This document shows positions 1 through 12,924 of a DNA stretch of 64,000 nucleotides, in pieces (position 1 is the first letter of the stretch; every line of letters starts with the position of its first letter). This stretch comes from an uncultured Myxococcaceae bacterium (GTDB lineage: Bacteria > Myxococcota_A > Polyangia > Polyangiales > Ga0077539), in assembly GCA_966211675.1 (NCBI GenBank), contig CBIHPK010000007.1, positions 24,086-88,085 on the forward strand, in the 5' to 3' direction. The position numbers and the translations under genes are program-made. The notes under the pieces are model-generated. The model did no database searches and was not told the origin of the DNA. It saw nothing but the letters and a program-made list of their open reading frames with translations.

Positions 1-655
<655 letters not shown>

Positions 656-789
656 CGCTCGCCTTCGCTGGTCCGGTACGGCGGACGTGCTCTCGCGTCC
701 GCCCCGGTGGACGCGGTTTTCTATCATGCCTCCGTCCGCCCACGGGGCCGCGAAATGGGTCATCCTCTGCACTGGAGACCTTAGAAATC

Positions 790-2238
790 TTGCGTCACAC
801 GCTGGTCATCTCGGATGTGCATCTCTGCGAGGGCGTCCCAGGCGACGACCTCTGGATGCGCTGGCGGCAGAACCCCTATTTCCCCGACACGGAGTTCTCG
901 GCGGTGGTCGATCACCTCCTCGGCGGGGTGCTCGGCCCGGACGACCGCGTCGACCTGGTCTTCAACGGCGACCTCTTCGACTTCGACGCCGGCCGGGTCA
1001 TCGACGGCAAGGCCCTCTTCGAGGACCTCCCCCGCACCGAGCCGGTGGCCATCGACCTCCTCGACCGCATCCTCGCCGACCACGAGGGCTACGTCGGCGC
1101 CCTCGCCCGCCTGCTGCGGGCGGGCCACCGGGTCATCTTCGTCTCGGGCAACCACGACCCGCAGCTCGGCTTCCCCGGCGTGCGCATCCGACTGCGAGAG
1201 CGCCTCGCCACCGCCGCGGGCCACGTCCGCTACGGCGACAACGTGCTCTTCCGCGCGTGGTTCTGGCAGGGGCCCGACGGCATCCACGTCGAGCACGGCA
1301 ACCAGTACGACACGTACTGCTCCTTCCGGTACCCGATGGCCCCCTTCCTGCCGCCGGAGCGGGGGCGGGACCGGGAGATCCACGCCACCGTCGGCTCCAT
1401 GGCCTTCCGCCTGCTGGGCGCCCGGCTGGGCTTCCTCAACCCCCACGTCGACGCGTCCTTCCTCATGGACCTCGACGGGTACCTCCGGCACTGGTTCAAG
1501 CACTACATGTTCACCGAGCACTCGCTCGCGCTCACGTGGCTGAAGGGCGCCTTCACCATCGCCACGCGCGTCGCCCTCGGCCGGGACAAGGGCTCCCCCG
1601 ACCGCGCCGACCAGGACGTCCAGGCGGCCTCGCACGAGACCGGCGCCGACGTCGACGACATCGCCCAGCACCGGGCGCTCTTCGCCGCCCCCGCGGAGGA
1701 GTCCTTCCACCGGGTGCTGCGGGAGTTCTGGGTCGACCGCATGACCCTCGGCGGGCTCTCCGCCATCGCGGTGCTCACGCCCGCGTTCTTCCGCAACCGC
1801 ACCGCCGTGGGCATCGCCGTGGGCCTGCCCCTGCTCTTCGCCGCCTACGAGCTCGCGACGCCCAAGATCACCCTCGACGACAACTACCGGCTCATCGCGA
1901 CGCGCGCCGAGACCATCCAGGAGATCTACCACCTCAAGGCCGTGATCTTCGGCCACACGCACGTCCCCTACGGACGCTGGCGCGACGGGGTCTTCTTCGG
2001 CAACTCGGGCACCTGGTCGGCCGCCTACCGCGACCTGGAGTGCAGCGTCCCGGTCGACCCGCGAGGCAAGCCCGTGATCTGGCTCACCGCCGACGACGGT
2101 CGCCTCTCCGGCGGCCTTCACCGCTGGAACGGCCAGGCCCTCGTTCCTGATTTCGAGAAGGTCGCGCCGGTGGACCACCAGCGCTTCAGCGAGTCGATGC
2201 CGCCTGACCCGGGGGAGCCCGAAGCCGTCCCGGCGTGA
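790..2238 (+). CDS. Calcineurin-like metallophosphoesterase with internal hydrophobic helices
   Basis: 482 aa with a TTG start. Metallophosphoesterase motifs: VISDVHL, FNGDLFDFD, VSGNHD, EHGNQYD, FGHTHVP. Two hydrophobic segments: LGGLSAIAVLTPAFF and AVGIAVGLPLLFAAY. Confidence 0.8.
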   Translation: MRHTLVISDVHLCEGVPGDDLWMRWRQNPYFPDTEFSAVVDHLLGGVLGPDDRVDLVFNGDLFDFDAGRVIDGKALFEDLPRTEPVAIDLLDRILADHEGYVGALARLLRAGHRVIFVSGNHDPQLGFPGVRIRLRERLATAAGHVRYGDNVLFRAWFWQGPDGIHVEHGNQYDTYCSFRYPMAPFLPPERGRDREIHATVGSMAFRLLGARLGFLNPHVDASFLMDLDGYLRHWFKHYMFTEHSLALTWLKGAFTIATRVALGRDKGSPDRADQDVQAASHETGADVDDIAQHRALFAAPAEESFHRVLREFWVDRMTLGGLSAIAVLTPAFFRNRTAVGIAVGLPLLFAAYELATPKITLDDNYRLIATRAETIQEIYHLKAVIFGHTHVPYGRWRDGVFFGNSGTWSAAYRDLECSVPVDPRGKPVIWLTADDGRLSGGLHRWNGQALVPDFEKVAPVDHQRFSESMPPDPGEPEAVPA

Positions 2239-2266
2239 TGCCGGAACGGCCTCCCTGGCCCGCGGA

Positions 2267-4987
<2,721 letters not shown>

Positions 4988-5065
4988 GTTGGACGGGTGT
5001 CTAGCGTCCGCCGCATGGACTCGTCAACGGACCTCCGACCGCGCGCGGGGGGTTCCTCCGGGGCC

Positions 5066-6379
5066 CTACGCGCCAGCGTCCGCCGGGAGGAAGCGGCTCA
5101 GCCCCTGGTGCCTCGGGGTGAGCTTGCCGGCCGCCACCACCACCGCGGTCTGCAGGGCGGTGGGGAGACCGCCCACGCCGCCCTCGTAGCGCGTCCCGTA
5201 GAACGCCCGGATGAAGGGCACGAGCGCGCGGCTGAAGTCGAAGCTCGCGTCTCGCGGAAGGGCGCATGGAAGGTTGTCCACCGCCATGATCGCCACGCCC
5301 TCGCCCGCCACCCCGACCGTCGCCTGGCGCGTCGCCGGGTCGTACACGAACGCGGGCTCGTCGTTCTGCGTGGCCATGACGGTCCACTCGATGCCGCCGT
5401 CGATGTCGCAGGCCACGTCGCCGAGGGCCACCGGGAGCGTGCGGTCCCGGTACATGCGCCGCAGCGTCGAGTCGTCGAGCAGCCGCGGGAAGCGCGCGTC
5501 CCAGTAGAGCCCGTTCACCAGCGCGGCGCAGTAGGGCAGGTACATCGCCCCCACGTTGAGGTAGCGCTCGGGGTGCGCGAGGTAGCGGGTGAAGTCGAAG
5601 CGCCGGGTGCCCGCGGTGACGAAGATCTCCGCGTCCTTCACGTGGAGCACCCGCAGCGTGCGGTCGTCCGGCGAGTCCGTCGGCAGCGCGATGGCCTCGC
5701 TCACCGTGCACGGGATCGCGCCCACGAGCTCGAAGTACTCCAGCGCCCCGTGCGAGACGCGGCCCTCGCCGGTCACCGCCACCACGAAGGGCGCCAGCGC
5801 CGCGGGGCCCTCCTTACGCAGCTCGGTAAGCAGCTCCCGCGTGTGAGCCACCATCTCCGCGAGGTCGCGGTACTCCACCGCGTGCCGCAGGCCCACGAGC
5901 GCCGACGGGTGGCCGAGCGCGGCGAGCCGGTGCGCGAGGGTCCAGAGCGTCTCGTGCGCGCCGGCGAGGCCCGCGTAGCGACCGAAGGCCACCTGCCGCA
6001 CGCCCGCGTCGTCGACGATCACCTCGTAGTCGATGAGCGTGGCGCCCTGCTTCATGAAGTGCGCGAGCAGCGGCATGTTGTGCGACTGGCCCTTGATGGT
6101 GTGCGAGAAGCACATCACCACCTGACCCGGCTTCACCTGCGAGGGCTTGACCTCCTTCACCCCGACGATGAAGCGGCAGTCCGTGGCGTCGTCGACCAGC
6201 GTCGCGCCCGCGGCGGCGAACTCCGCGTCGTCGAGGGCCCGCGTGGGCGAGCGCTCGACCCGCACCGCGATGCCCGACGCGACCAGCCCCCGCACCTCCT
6301 CGGGCACCAGCGGAACCCGCCGCTCCCACTTGTTCTTCGTCTCTCTCAGGATCCCGATCGCGTCGCGCAGTTCGCTCAT
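5066..6379 (-). CDS. Lysine-ketoglutarate reductase-like (saccharopine dehydrogenase, L-lysine-forming) stand-alone domain protein
   Basis: Colinear by eye with the LKR half of eukaryotic AASS: ILRETKNKWERRVPLVP, CFSHTIKGQSHNMPLL, IDYEVIVDDAGVRQVAFGRYAGLAG, AHPERY, LVNGLYWDARFPRLL, MAVDNLPCALP. The longest ORF starts at TTG 6418. I prefer ATG 6379 (MSELRD), which has GGAG about 10 nt upstream. Confidence 0.75.
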   Translation of the reverse strand: MSELRDAIGILRETKNKWERRVPLVPEEVRGLVASGIAVRVERSPTRALDDAEFAAAGATLVDDATDCRFIVGVKEVKPSQVKPGQVVMCFSHTIKGQSHNMPLLAHFMKQGATLIDYEVIVDDAGVRQVAFGRYAGLAGAHETLWTLAHRLAALGHPSALVGLRHAVEYRDLAEMVAHTRELLTELRKEGPAALAPFVVAVTGEGRVSHGALEYFELVGAIPCTVSEAIALPTDSPDDRTLRVLHVKDAEIFVTAGTRRFDFTRYLAHPERYLNVGAMYLPYCAALVNGLYWDARFPRLLDDSTLRRMYRDRTLPVALGDVACDIDGGIEWTVMATQNDEPAFVYDPATRQATVGVAGEGVAIMAVDNLPCALPRDASFDFSRALVPFIRAFYGTRYEGGVGGLPTALQTAVVVAAGKLTPRHQGLSRFLPADAGA

Positions 6380-6414
6380 GGCGCGCGCACTCTCCCCACC
6401 GCCCGCGCCTCCGG

Positions 6415-6738
6415 TCAAGACCCCTGCTTCGAGGCCTCGCGGGCCGCGACCGGCGGGTGCTCGTGCCCCTGCGCCTCGTCGTGCTCGTGCTCGTGATCCG
6501 TCGCCGCCGCGGCGGGCTTCGCTCCCTGCGGCTTGAGGTTCACCGCGGTGCCCTCGGGGAGCGACCCGAGCGGCATCCCCAGGAGCTCCTCGGCCATCTC
6601 CCGCAGGTCGTGCCGGTGCTCATGGGGCATCTCGTCCTCCGGGACCTCCACGTCGATCACCAGCGACACCTTGCCCGTCACCGCGTCCTGCCGGTAACGG
6701 AGCGTCACCCGCCGACGGTCCTGCCTCCCCTCCTTCAT
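6415..6738 (-). CDS. Hypothetical 107-aa protein with a His/Glu-rich C-terminal tail
   Basis: Tail of ORF 6415..7383, read from MKEGRQDRRRVTLRYRQ. Its ATG overlaps the stop of the upstream gene (ATGA at 6735-6738), which suggests translational coupling. The tail is TDHEHEHDEAQGHEH. GC3-rich codons. I recognise no family. Confidence 0.55.
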   Translation of the reverse strand: MKEGRQDRRRVTLRYRQDAVTGKVSLVIDVEVPEDEMPHEHRHDLREMAEELLGMPLGSLPEGTAVNLKPQGAKPAAAATDHEHEHDEAQGHEHPPVAAREASKQGS

Positions 6739-7340
6739 GCCTTCACCACCACCGTGACCTCGTAGCCGCCGCGCACGTCGCCCCGCTCGTCGATGCTCTC
6801 CACCTCGCCGAGCTGCCTCGCCCGCTCCTCCAGCGCCCGCCGGTACACCCGGTTGAGCGCCTCCTGCAGCGCCGCGCGCACCCCGGGCTCCTCCCGCGTG
6901 AGCGCCGCCGCGTTCTCCGCCTCGAGCCTCGCGGCGGTCTTCGCCCGCTTGTCCTCGAGCGCCTTCTCCGCCCGCTCCTGCGCGACGGCCTTCGCGCGCG
7001 CCTCGTCTGCGGCGTCGCCCTCCGTCACCGCCGAGGTGCCCGTCGCGGTCACCGTCGCGTCCACCGCGTGGCTCACCGTCACCGAGGTCGCCCCCGCGTC
7101 GAGCGTCGCGGTCACCGGCCCGAAGCGACGGGTCATCGTCCCGTCGGGCTGCGCCTCCCACCCCTGCGCTGCGAGCACCTCGCGCAGCGTCGCGCCCATC
7201 GCGTCGCCCTGGAGCACCGGCAGCATGCGCACCGCGATCACCACCTGGTCCTCGACGTGGACCGCCGCCTCCAGGTCGCGCGTGCGCACCGCCCTCCCGA
7301 GCGCCTCCCATTCCAGATCGAGCAGCATCCCGCAGGTCAT
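6735..7340 (-). CDS. Hypothetical 201-aa protein (N-terminal globular part, central Ala/Glu/Arg coiled-coil-like segment)
   Basis: In ORF 6735..7535. I chose internal ATG M66 (MTCGMLLDLEWEALG) because the upstream 65 codons are Arg/Gly-rich junk that approaches the divergent yhhQ start. The central segment is EARAKAVAQERAEKALEDKRAKTAARLEAENAAAL. No family recognised. Confidence 0.5.
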   Translation of the reverse strand: MTCGMLLDLEWEALGRAVRTRDLEAAVHVEDQVVIAVRMLPVLQGDAMGATLREVLAAQGWEAQPDGTMTRRFGPVTATLDAGATSVTVSHAVDATVTATGTSAVTEGDAADEARAKAVAQERAEKALEDKRAKTAARLEAENAAALTREEPGVRAALQEALNRVYRRALEERARQLGEVESIDERGDVRGGYEVTVVVKA

Positions 7341-7428
7341 GTCCGGTGTCCGTGGCGGTACCACGCGACCGATCGGCCCGCACCCCCGATGGTGCTCGCG
7401 GCCTCTCTCACGGTAGACAGCACGCACC

Positions 7429-8124
7429 ATGGCCGACGACCCCACCCGCCCCGTCGCACCGCGCTTCCGGTACTTCGACCTCATCGTCGGGGTCTTCGTC
7501 ACGGCGCTCATCACCAGCAACCTCGTGTCCGCCAAGGTCGCCCAGCTCGGCCCCTACAAGCTCGGCTGCGGGATCTTCGTCTTCCCGATCTCGTACATCT
7601 TCGGCGACGTGCTCACCGAGGTGTACGGCTACGCCCGGAGCCGCAGCGTCATCTGGATCGGCTTCGCCTGCGGCGTGCTCACCTCCGTGGTCTTCGTGGT
7701 GGCCGACCTCATGCCCCCGGCGCCGGACTGGCCCCACCAGGCCGCGTTCCACACCATCCTGGGGCAGCTCCCGAGGGTCGTGGCCGCGAGCCTCGTGGCC
7801 TACGTGGTGGGCGAATTCTTCAACAGCTTCGTGCTGGCGCGCATGAAGGTCCTGACCGGCGGACGGCACCTCTGGATGCGCACCATCGGATCGACCCTGG
7901 TGGGCCAAGGGGTCGACAGCGCGGTCTTCTACCCGCTCGCGTTCTTCGGCATCTGGAGCACCTCGACGGTGGTCGACGTCGCCTGGCACAACTACCTGAT
8001 CAAGTGCGCGGTGGAGACGCTCTTCACCCCGCTCACCTACGTCGTGGTGAACTACCTGAAGCGCGCCGAGCGCGAGGACGTGTTCGACACCGACACGGAC
8101 TTCAATCCGTTGAAGGTGCTGTAG
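7429..8124 (+). CDS. yhhQ: Queuosine-precursor transporter, YhhQ/DUF165 (Vut) family
   Basis: 231 aa, multi-pass membrane protein. The blocks FVFPISYIFGDVLTEVYGY and VGEFFNSFVLARMK are typical of YhhQ. Confidence 0.85.
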   Translation: MADDPTRPVAPRFRYFDLIVGVFVTALITSNLVSAKVAQLGPYKLGCGIFVFPISYIFGDVLTEVYGYARSRSVIWIGFACGVLTSVVFVVADLMPPAPDWPHQAAFHTILGQLPRVVAASLVAYVVGEFFNSFVLARMKVLTGGRHLWMRTIGSTLVGQGVDSAVFYPLAFFGIWSTSTVVDVAWHNYLIKCAVETLFTPLTYVVVNYLKRAEREDVFDTDTDFNPLKVL

Positions 8125-8204
8125 CGAAGGGGCGATCGGGGAGAGAGAAGATGCGGACGGGGGAAGGGACTCCCGCCCGCGACGAGGGGGGAGCGGGATA
8201 AGGG

Positions 8205-9326
8205 TCAGTGCGGAGCGCCGCCGGCGCCCTGCTGCTGGAGCTGGCGACGGAGCTGCTCCATCACCTCCGGGGGGATCTGCGGAGACCCGCCGCCGGGGCC
8301 GCCCATGGGCATCCCCATCGGGGCCGCCGCGGGGGCCGCGGGCGCCGAGGCATCCGCCGCCGTGCCGCCGTCCGTCGGGAGCGGCGCCTGGAAGGCCGTC
8401 ACCGCGGGGTTGACCGACTCGGCCATGGCGCGCGTCACGACGTACACCGTGTCGGTGCCCTCGCGCTGCGCGAAGGACTCGCTGTCGCCGCTGGTGTTGC
8501 CGAGGCGCACGGTGACGGTCTGCGCCGCCGCGTCGCCGCCGCCGAGGTTGAGGGTGACCCGCGGGCTGTCCGCGGCCACGCCGGTGGTCGCCCCTTCGGG
8601 GGCGAAGTCCGTCGCTCGGAGGTTGGCCACCGAGTCGACCAGCGAGCCCACGCGCGCGGTGTCGAGGCGCTCGATGGTGGTGCCCGGCGCCGCCGTCCAG
8701 GTCTCGCCGTTGCGCGTGAAGCGGAACGTGCCGTTGCGGTTGACCCACTCCACCGACTGCACGCTGTCGCGGCTCGCGTGGGTGATCTCCCGGTTGCGCC
8801 AGTCGCGCGCCTCGCGCTGCACCATGGAGGTGATCGACTGGTCGACCTCGAAGGTCTCCGGCCGGCTGGGGACGCGCACCGCGGTGCCCGAACCCACCGA
8901 GGCGCCCACGAACATGTCCACCACGGTGCTCGCGCCGCTCTTCAGCGTCACCCGCGTCGCGTGCGCGTCGTCGACCTCGAAGGTCGCGTGGCTCCCGGCG
9001 CTGCGGCCGCGGACCATCGTGACCTTCATGTTGGCGAAGCGGTCGACGAGGTCTTCCACCGCGCGCGCCTCGGTGGGCCCGCGCCCCGGCGAGGTCATCA
9101 CCCAGGCCCCGCCCCGCTTCTCGAGCTCGATGGTGCGCTGACCCTCCGGACCAGAGGCCCGGTGGATCGTCACATGGTCGATGCGCGCCGCGTCCACCCG
9201 CGACCACGGGTTGCTCGCCGTCGCCGCGCTGGTCGAGTCCGGCGACTGCGGGCGGTAGACGTACGCGGTCGCCGCGCCCAACACCGCCAGCACTGCCAGA
9301 CCGATCCCGATGCCCTTGGAGTTCAT
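8205..9326 (-). CDS. DUF4340-like periplasmic protein, last gene of the ABC-2/GldG operon
   Basis: 373 aa. N-terminal anchor GIGIGLAVLAVLGAATAYVY. It has the position and size typical of DUF4340 partners of GldG-type transporters. The C-terminal tail is Pro/Gly/Met/Gln-rich. The family call is from memory of the operon architecture. Confidence 0.6.
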   Translation of the reverse strand: MNSKGIGIGLAVLAVLGAATAYVYRPQSPDSTSAATASNPWSRVDAARIDHVTIHRASGPEGQRTIELEKRGGAWVMTSPGRGPTEARAVEDLVDRFANMKVTMVRGRSAGSHATFEVDDAHATRVTLKSGASTVVDMFVGASVGSGTAVRVPSRPETFEVDQSITSMVQREARDWRNREITHASRDSVQSVEWVNRNGTFRFTRNGETWTAAPGTTIERLDTARVGSLVDSVANLRATDFAPEGATTGVAADSPRVTLNLGGGDAAAQTVTVRLGNTSGDSESFAQREGTDTVYVVTRAMAESVNPAVTAFQAPLPTDGGTAADASAPAAPAAAPMGMPMGGPGGGSPQIPPEVMEQLRRQLQQQGAGGAPH

Positions 9327-9354
9327 TGGCTCTTTCGTTCCTGCGTAGTGATGT

Positions 9355-11007
9355 CTAGAGGGTGATCTCGGCGCGCTTGCGGGCGCGCAGAGTCATCAGC
9401 ACCACGCCCAGCACGCCCACGAGCAGCGGGAGGCCGATGATGCTGCCCCACTTGAAGAGCTGCTTCTTGGTGTCCGTCACCGCCTGGAGGCTCGGCTCCG
9501 AGACGTCCTTCGCGCGCACCGCGAGGAGGTCCGGGTCCTGGCTCAGCCAGTCGAAGACGTTGAGCAGCATCTGCACGTTGGTGGGCATCCCGTTCTGCAG
9601 CGGCGCGATCGCGCGCAGCTGGTCGATGTGGAACACCTTGCCCGAGCCCACCACCAGCAGCCGCGCCGGGTGCTCGCGCGTGGCGTGCGCCGGGGGGTGG
9701 TCCGTGTCGTTGGCCGCGAAGGCGCTGCGGAGCTGGCCCTCGAGGGCGGCGGCGACCACGTAGGAGGCCCGCGCGTTGCCGAAGATCTGCTGACGGCGCT
9801 GGAGCAGTTCGAGCGCGTCGAGCTCGAAGTTCTCGCGCTGCAGCACCGAGCGCTCGCTGGTGCGGCCGACCTCGGTGAACACGGTGCCGTTCTCCCGAGC
9901 GCGACCGTTGTTGATCGTGAGCGACGAGACGAAGGGGAAGATCACGCCCGGCAGGCGGAAGACCGCCGGGTGCGCCGTATCGATGCCCGGTCCGCCCGCG
10001 TCACGCCGCGCCGCGAGGGCGGGGTAGGTGAACATCGGGATGCGCGCCCGGCCCTGCTCGATCTCCTGGATCGAGTCGCTGGCCTGGAAGTCGAGCACCA
10101 CGTCGGGGTTGATGGTGACGCCGTAGCCCTCGAGCAGCGCGTTGAGGTTGCTCTCGTTGCGCGCCGCCGTGGGCCGGGTGTCCGAGCCGGTGATGGTGGT
10201 GCCGCCCGCGAACACTGCGACGGAGCCGCCGCGCATCAGGTACGAGTTGATGCGCCGGAGCTCGCGCTCCTCGATGCGGCGCGACGGGCCCATGATGACC
10301 AGGCCCTTGATGTCGGAGGGGATGTCCTCCTCGCCGCCGTGCAGGTCGACCGTGCGCGTCGTGTAGCCGAGGTGCGCCTCCTGGAGGATGCGCGAGAGGT
10401 ACGGCAGGGCGGTCTCGGGGGAGCCCTCCTCGTGGCCCGAGAGGAAGCCGATCGCCCGCTCCGGGTCGATCATCTTCTTCACGATGGAGGTGATCTGGTA
10501 CTCCATGCCCTCGACGCCGGGGTTCACGAAGGGGATCTGCTCCGTCGAGCGCAGGTACGAGAAGGTGATGCAGCGGAAGACCTCGGCGAGGTTCGCCTGG
10601 TCCGACGCGGTGTTCACCGTCTGCAGCACGCGCTTGGTGCAGCTCGCGCCCTCCGCCTGGCGCTTGCGCTCGTCGTTGTCCGTGCGCACCCAGCGGACCT
10701 CCAGGCGGCCGCGGCTGGCGGCGACGTACTCGTCGAGCTGCTCGCGCAGCAGGCGCTCGTCGTCGTTGGCCGGCGCCGGCTGATCCGGGGTCCAGTAGAT
10801 GGTGATGGTGAGGTTGTCCGTGAGGCGGCCGAGCGTGCGGCGCGTGCCCTGGGACAGCGAGTAGAGGCCGCGCTTGGTGAGGTCGAGGCGCGCGTGGAGC
10901 ACCTTCACCGCGAGCACGTTGAGGAGCACCACCGCGACGAGGGCGATGGCGACGAAGGCACCGGTCTCGGCGCGGGCTTGACTACGACGTTCCATGGTCA
11001 GCTCCAC
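9355..11007 (-). CDS. GldG-like ABC-2 transporter auxiliary protein
   Basis: 550 aa. N-terminal and C-terminal TM anchors (FVAIALVAVVLLNVLAV and IIGLPLLVGVLGVVLM) flank a large external domain. The start overlaps the permease stop by 10 nt. Confidence 0.7.
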   Translation of the reverse strand: MELTMERRSQARAETGAFVAIALVAVVLLNVLAVKVLHARLDLTKRGLYSLSQGTRRTLGRLTDNLTITIYWTPDQPAPANDDERLLREQLDEYVAASRGRLEVRWVRTDNDERKRQAEGASCTKRVLQTVNTASDQANLAEVFRCITFSYLRSTEQIPFVNPGVEGMEYQITSIVKKMIDPERAIGFLSGHEEGSPETALPYLSRILQEAHLGYTTRTVDLHGGEEDIPSDIKGLVIMGPSRRIEERELRRINSYLMRGGSVAVFAGGTTITGSDTRPTAARNESNLNALLEGYGVTINPDVVLDFQASDSIQEIEQGRARIPMFTYPALAARRDAGGPGIDTAHPAVFRLPGVIFPFVSSLTINNGRARENGTVFTEVGRTSERSVLQRENFELDALELLQRRQQIFGNARASYVVAAALEGQLRSAFAANDTDHPPAHATREHPARLLVVGSGKVFHIDQLRAIAPLQNGMPTNVQMLLNVFDWLSQDPDLLAVRAKDVSEPSLQAVTDTKKQLFKWGSIIGLPLLVGVLGVVLMTLRARKRAEITL

Positions 11008-11780
11008 CGCCGGCTCTCGAGGGAGCGCGCGGTCGCCAGAAGGCAGATGAAGATCACGCTGCAGAAGTAGATGATGTTGCGGGCGTCGATGACCCCGCGG
11101 GCGATGCTCGCGAAGTGATAGTCGGGGCAGAGGTACTCGATCACCGACGCGGCGCCGCCGAAGAAGATCAGCGCCTTGTTCATCAGGAAGAACACCGCGC
11201 CGACGATGAAGCTCACGAAGAACGCGGTGATCTGGTCCTTGGTGAAGGAGCTCACCATGACGCCGAAGGAGATGTACGCCGCGCCGCCGAGGAGCAGGCC
11301 GAGGTAGCCGCCGGCGACGGGGCCCCAGTCGAGCTCGCCCATGCGCGAGATGAGCACCGGGTAGCTGAAGGTGCCGATGATGCAGACCGCGAGCAGCCCG
11401 AGCGCGCCGAAGAACTTCCCGAGGATGACCTCCCAGTCGCGCACCGGCTGAGTGATGAGCATCTCGAGGGTGCCCGTGCGGGACTCCTCGGCGAAGGTGC
11501 GCATCGCGATGGCCGGACAGATCAGCGGCAGCAGCCAGGAGATGCTGTTGAACATCGGCTGCAGCGTGGCCTTCCCCAGCGTCAGGAACGCGAAGGGGAT
11601 GAAGAACAGGAAGCCCACCAGGAGCAGGAACATCCCGATCACGATGTAGCCGAGGGGCGACGAGAAGTACGAGACGAACTCCCGCCGCGCGATCGCCAGG
11701 GTGTTGTTGAGCGGCGTCCCGATGGAGCCGCGAGCCAGTGCGCCCGCGGGCTTCGTCGCCGTCGTTTCCGTATCAGACAT
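10998..11780 (-). CDS. ABC-2 type transporter permease
   Basis: 260 aa with about six hydrophobic helices. The start overlaps the ATPase stop by 8 nt. Confidence 0.75.
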   Translation of the reverse strand: MSDTETTATKPAGALARGSIGTPLNNTLAIARREFVSYFSSPLGYIVIGMFLLLVGFLFFIPFAFLTLGKATLQPMFNSISWLLPLICPAIAMRTFAEESRTGTLEMLITQPVRDWEVILGKFFGALGLLAVCIIGTFSYPVLISRMGELDWGPVAGGYLGLLLGGAAYISFGVMVSSFTKDQITAFFVSFIVGAVFFLMNKALIFFGGAASVIEYLCPDYHFASIARGVIDARNIIYFCSVIFICLLATARSLESRRWS

Positions 11781-12816
11781 CGCTGGATGACTCCTTCGTC
11801 GCCGCGCTGGTATCCGAAGCCTTCGAGCCCGCGTTGCGCCGCGGAGCCCCCTCGCCCACCGTCAACTGACGGAAGACCTCTTCGAGCTGCACCGCCTCGC
11901 GGCGAAGCTCCAGCAGGTCCCACTTGTTCTCCACGGCCATGCGGAAGAAGTCCCGGCGCTGGTCGCCGGAGCCCTTCACGCTCACCTCGAGCGTCGTCGC
12001 CCGGTCGTCGCCCGGCAGCTCGCGCACCACGGCGCCCGCCGCCACCCGCTTGACCGCCTCGATCACCGGGCCCGACTTGCGCACCGACTCGTCCTTGCCG
12101 GCGTCGATGGCGAGCACGTACTTCACGCTCCCGCTCTTGGCCGCGAGCTCGTCCGGCGCGCCGTCCGCCACGATCTTGCCGCGGTTGACGATGAGCACCC
12201 GCGCGCAGGCCTCCTTGACCTCCGCGAGGTCGTGCGTGGAGAGCATGATCGTGCGCGTCTTGCCGATCTCCTTGATGTACGAGATGACCTCCGCGCTCTC
12301 GTTGGGGTCGAGGTCCGCGGTGGGCTCGTCGAGGATGAGGATGGGCGGGTCGTGGATGAGCGCCTGCGCCAGGCCCACGCGCTGCCGGTAGCCGTAGGAG
12401 AGCTCGTTGATGGTCTTGGCGAGCACGTCCTTGAGCCCGCAGATCTCGACCACCTCCTTGATCTTGGCGCGGCGCTGGTCCTTCGCGATCGCGCGCAGGT
12501 CGGCGGCGAACTCCAGGTACTCGACCACGCCCATCTCGGGGTAGAGCGACGCGCGCTGCGGGAGGTACCCGAGCACCGAGCGCACCGAGAGCGGGTCGTC
12601 GAACACGTCGAACCCGCCCACCTTCGCCGTCCCCTCGGAGGGCGAGATGAAGCAGGTCAGGATCTTCATCGTCGTGGACTTCCCCGCCCCGTTGGGCCCG
12701 AGGAACCCCACCACCTCGCCCCGGCGGATCTCGAAGCTGAGCCGATCGACCGCGCGCTGGGCGCCGTAGACCTTCGACAGCTCCCGGGTCTCGATCATCA
12801 CGTCACTGGTCGCCAT
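11773..12816 (-). CDS. ABC transporter ATP-binding protein (ABC-2 / gliding GldA-like subtype)
   Basis: 347 aa. Walker A GPNGAGKST, signature LSYGYRQRVGLAQAL, Walker B ILILDEPT, H-loop STHDL. Confidence 0.9.
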   Translation of the reverse strand: MATSDVMIETRELSKVYGAQRAVDRLSFEIRRGEVVGFLGPNGAGKSTTMKILTCFISPSEGTAKVGGFDVFDDPLSVRSVLGYLPQRASLYPEMGVVEYLEFAADLRAIAKDQRRAKIKEVVEICGLKDVLAKTINELSYGYRQRVGLAQALIHDPPILILDEPTADLDPNESAEVISYIKEIGKTRTIMLSTHDLAEVKEACARVLIVNRGKIVADGAPDELAAKSGSVKYVLAIDAGKDESVRKSGPVIEAVKRVAAGAVVRELPGDDRATTLEVSVKGSGDQRRDFFRMAVENKWDLLELRREAVQLEEVFRQLTVGEGAPRRNAGSKASDTSAATKESSSDV

Positions 12817-12870
12817 TCGATATATGCCTTCGGTGAAGCCAACATTTCGCCGTCGCCCCGGCGGGCGCGC

Positions 12871-12898
12871 ATCCTAGTCAGCGAGTCTCGCAAGTCAA
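12871..12898 (-). promoter_or_regulatory. Sigma-70-like promoter candidate for the ABC-2/GldG operon
   Basis: The minus strand reads TTGACT-N16-TAGGAT, about 55 nt upstream of the ATPase ATG at 12816. Confidence 0.3.
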
Positions 12899-12924
12899 CG
12901 AGGGAGAGAACCGGCTGCGCGCGC

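Noticed and set aside
7341-7428. A possible preQ1 riboswitch in the 5' leader of yhhQ, a common arrangement for queuosine-precursor transporters.
   Set aside because: I could not find the compact hairpin plus A-rich tail of preQ1-I, or any convincing pseudoknot. The leader is only 88 nt and is shared with a divergent gene. An Infernal scan would be needed to settle this.
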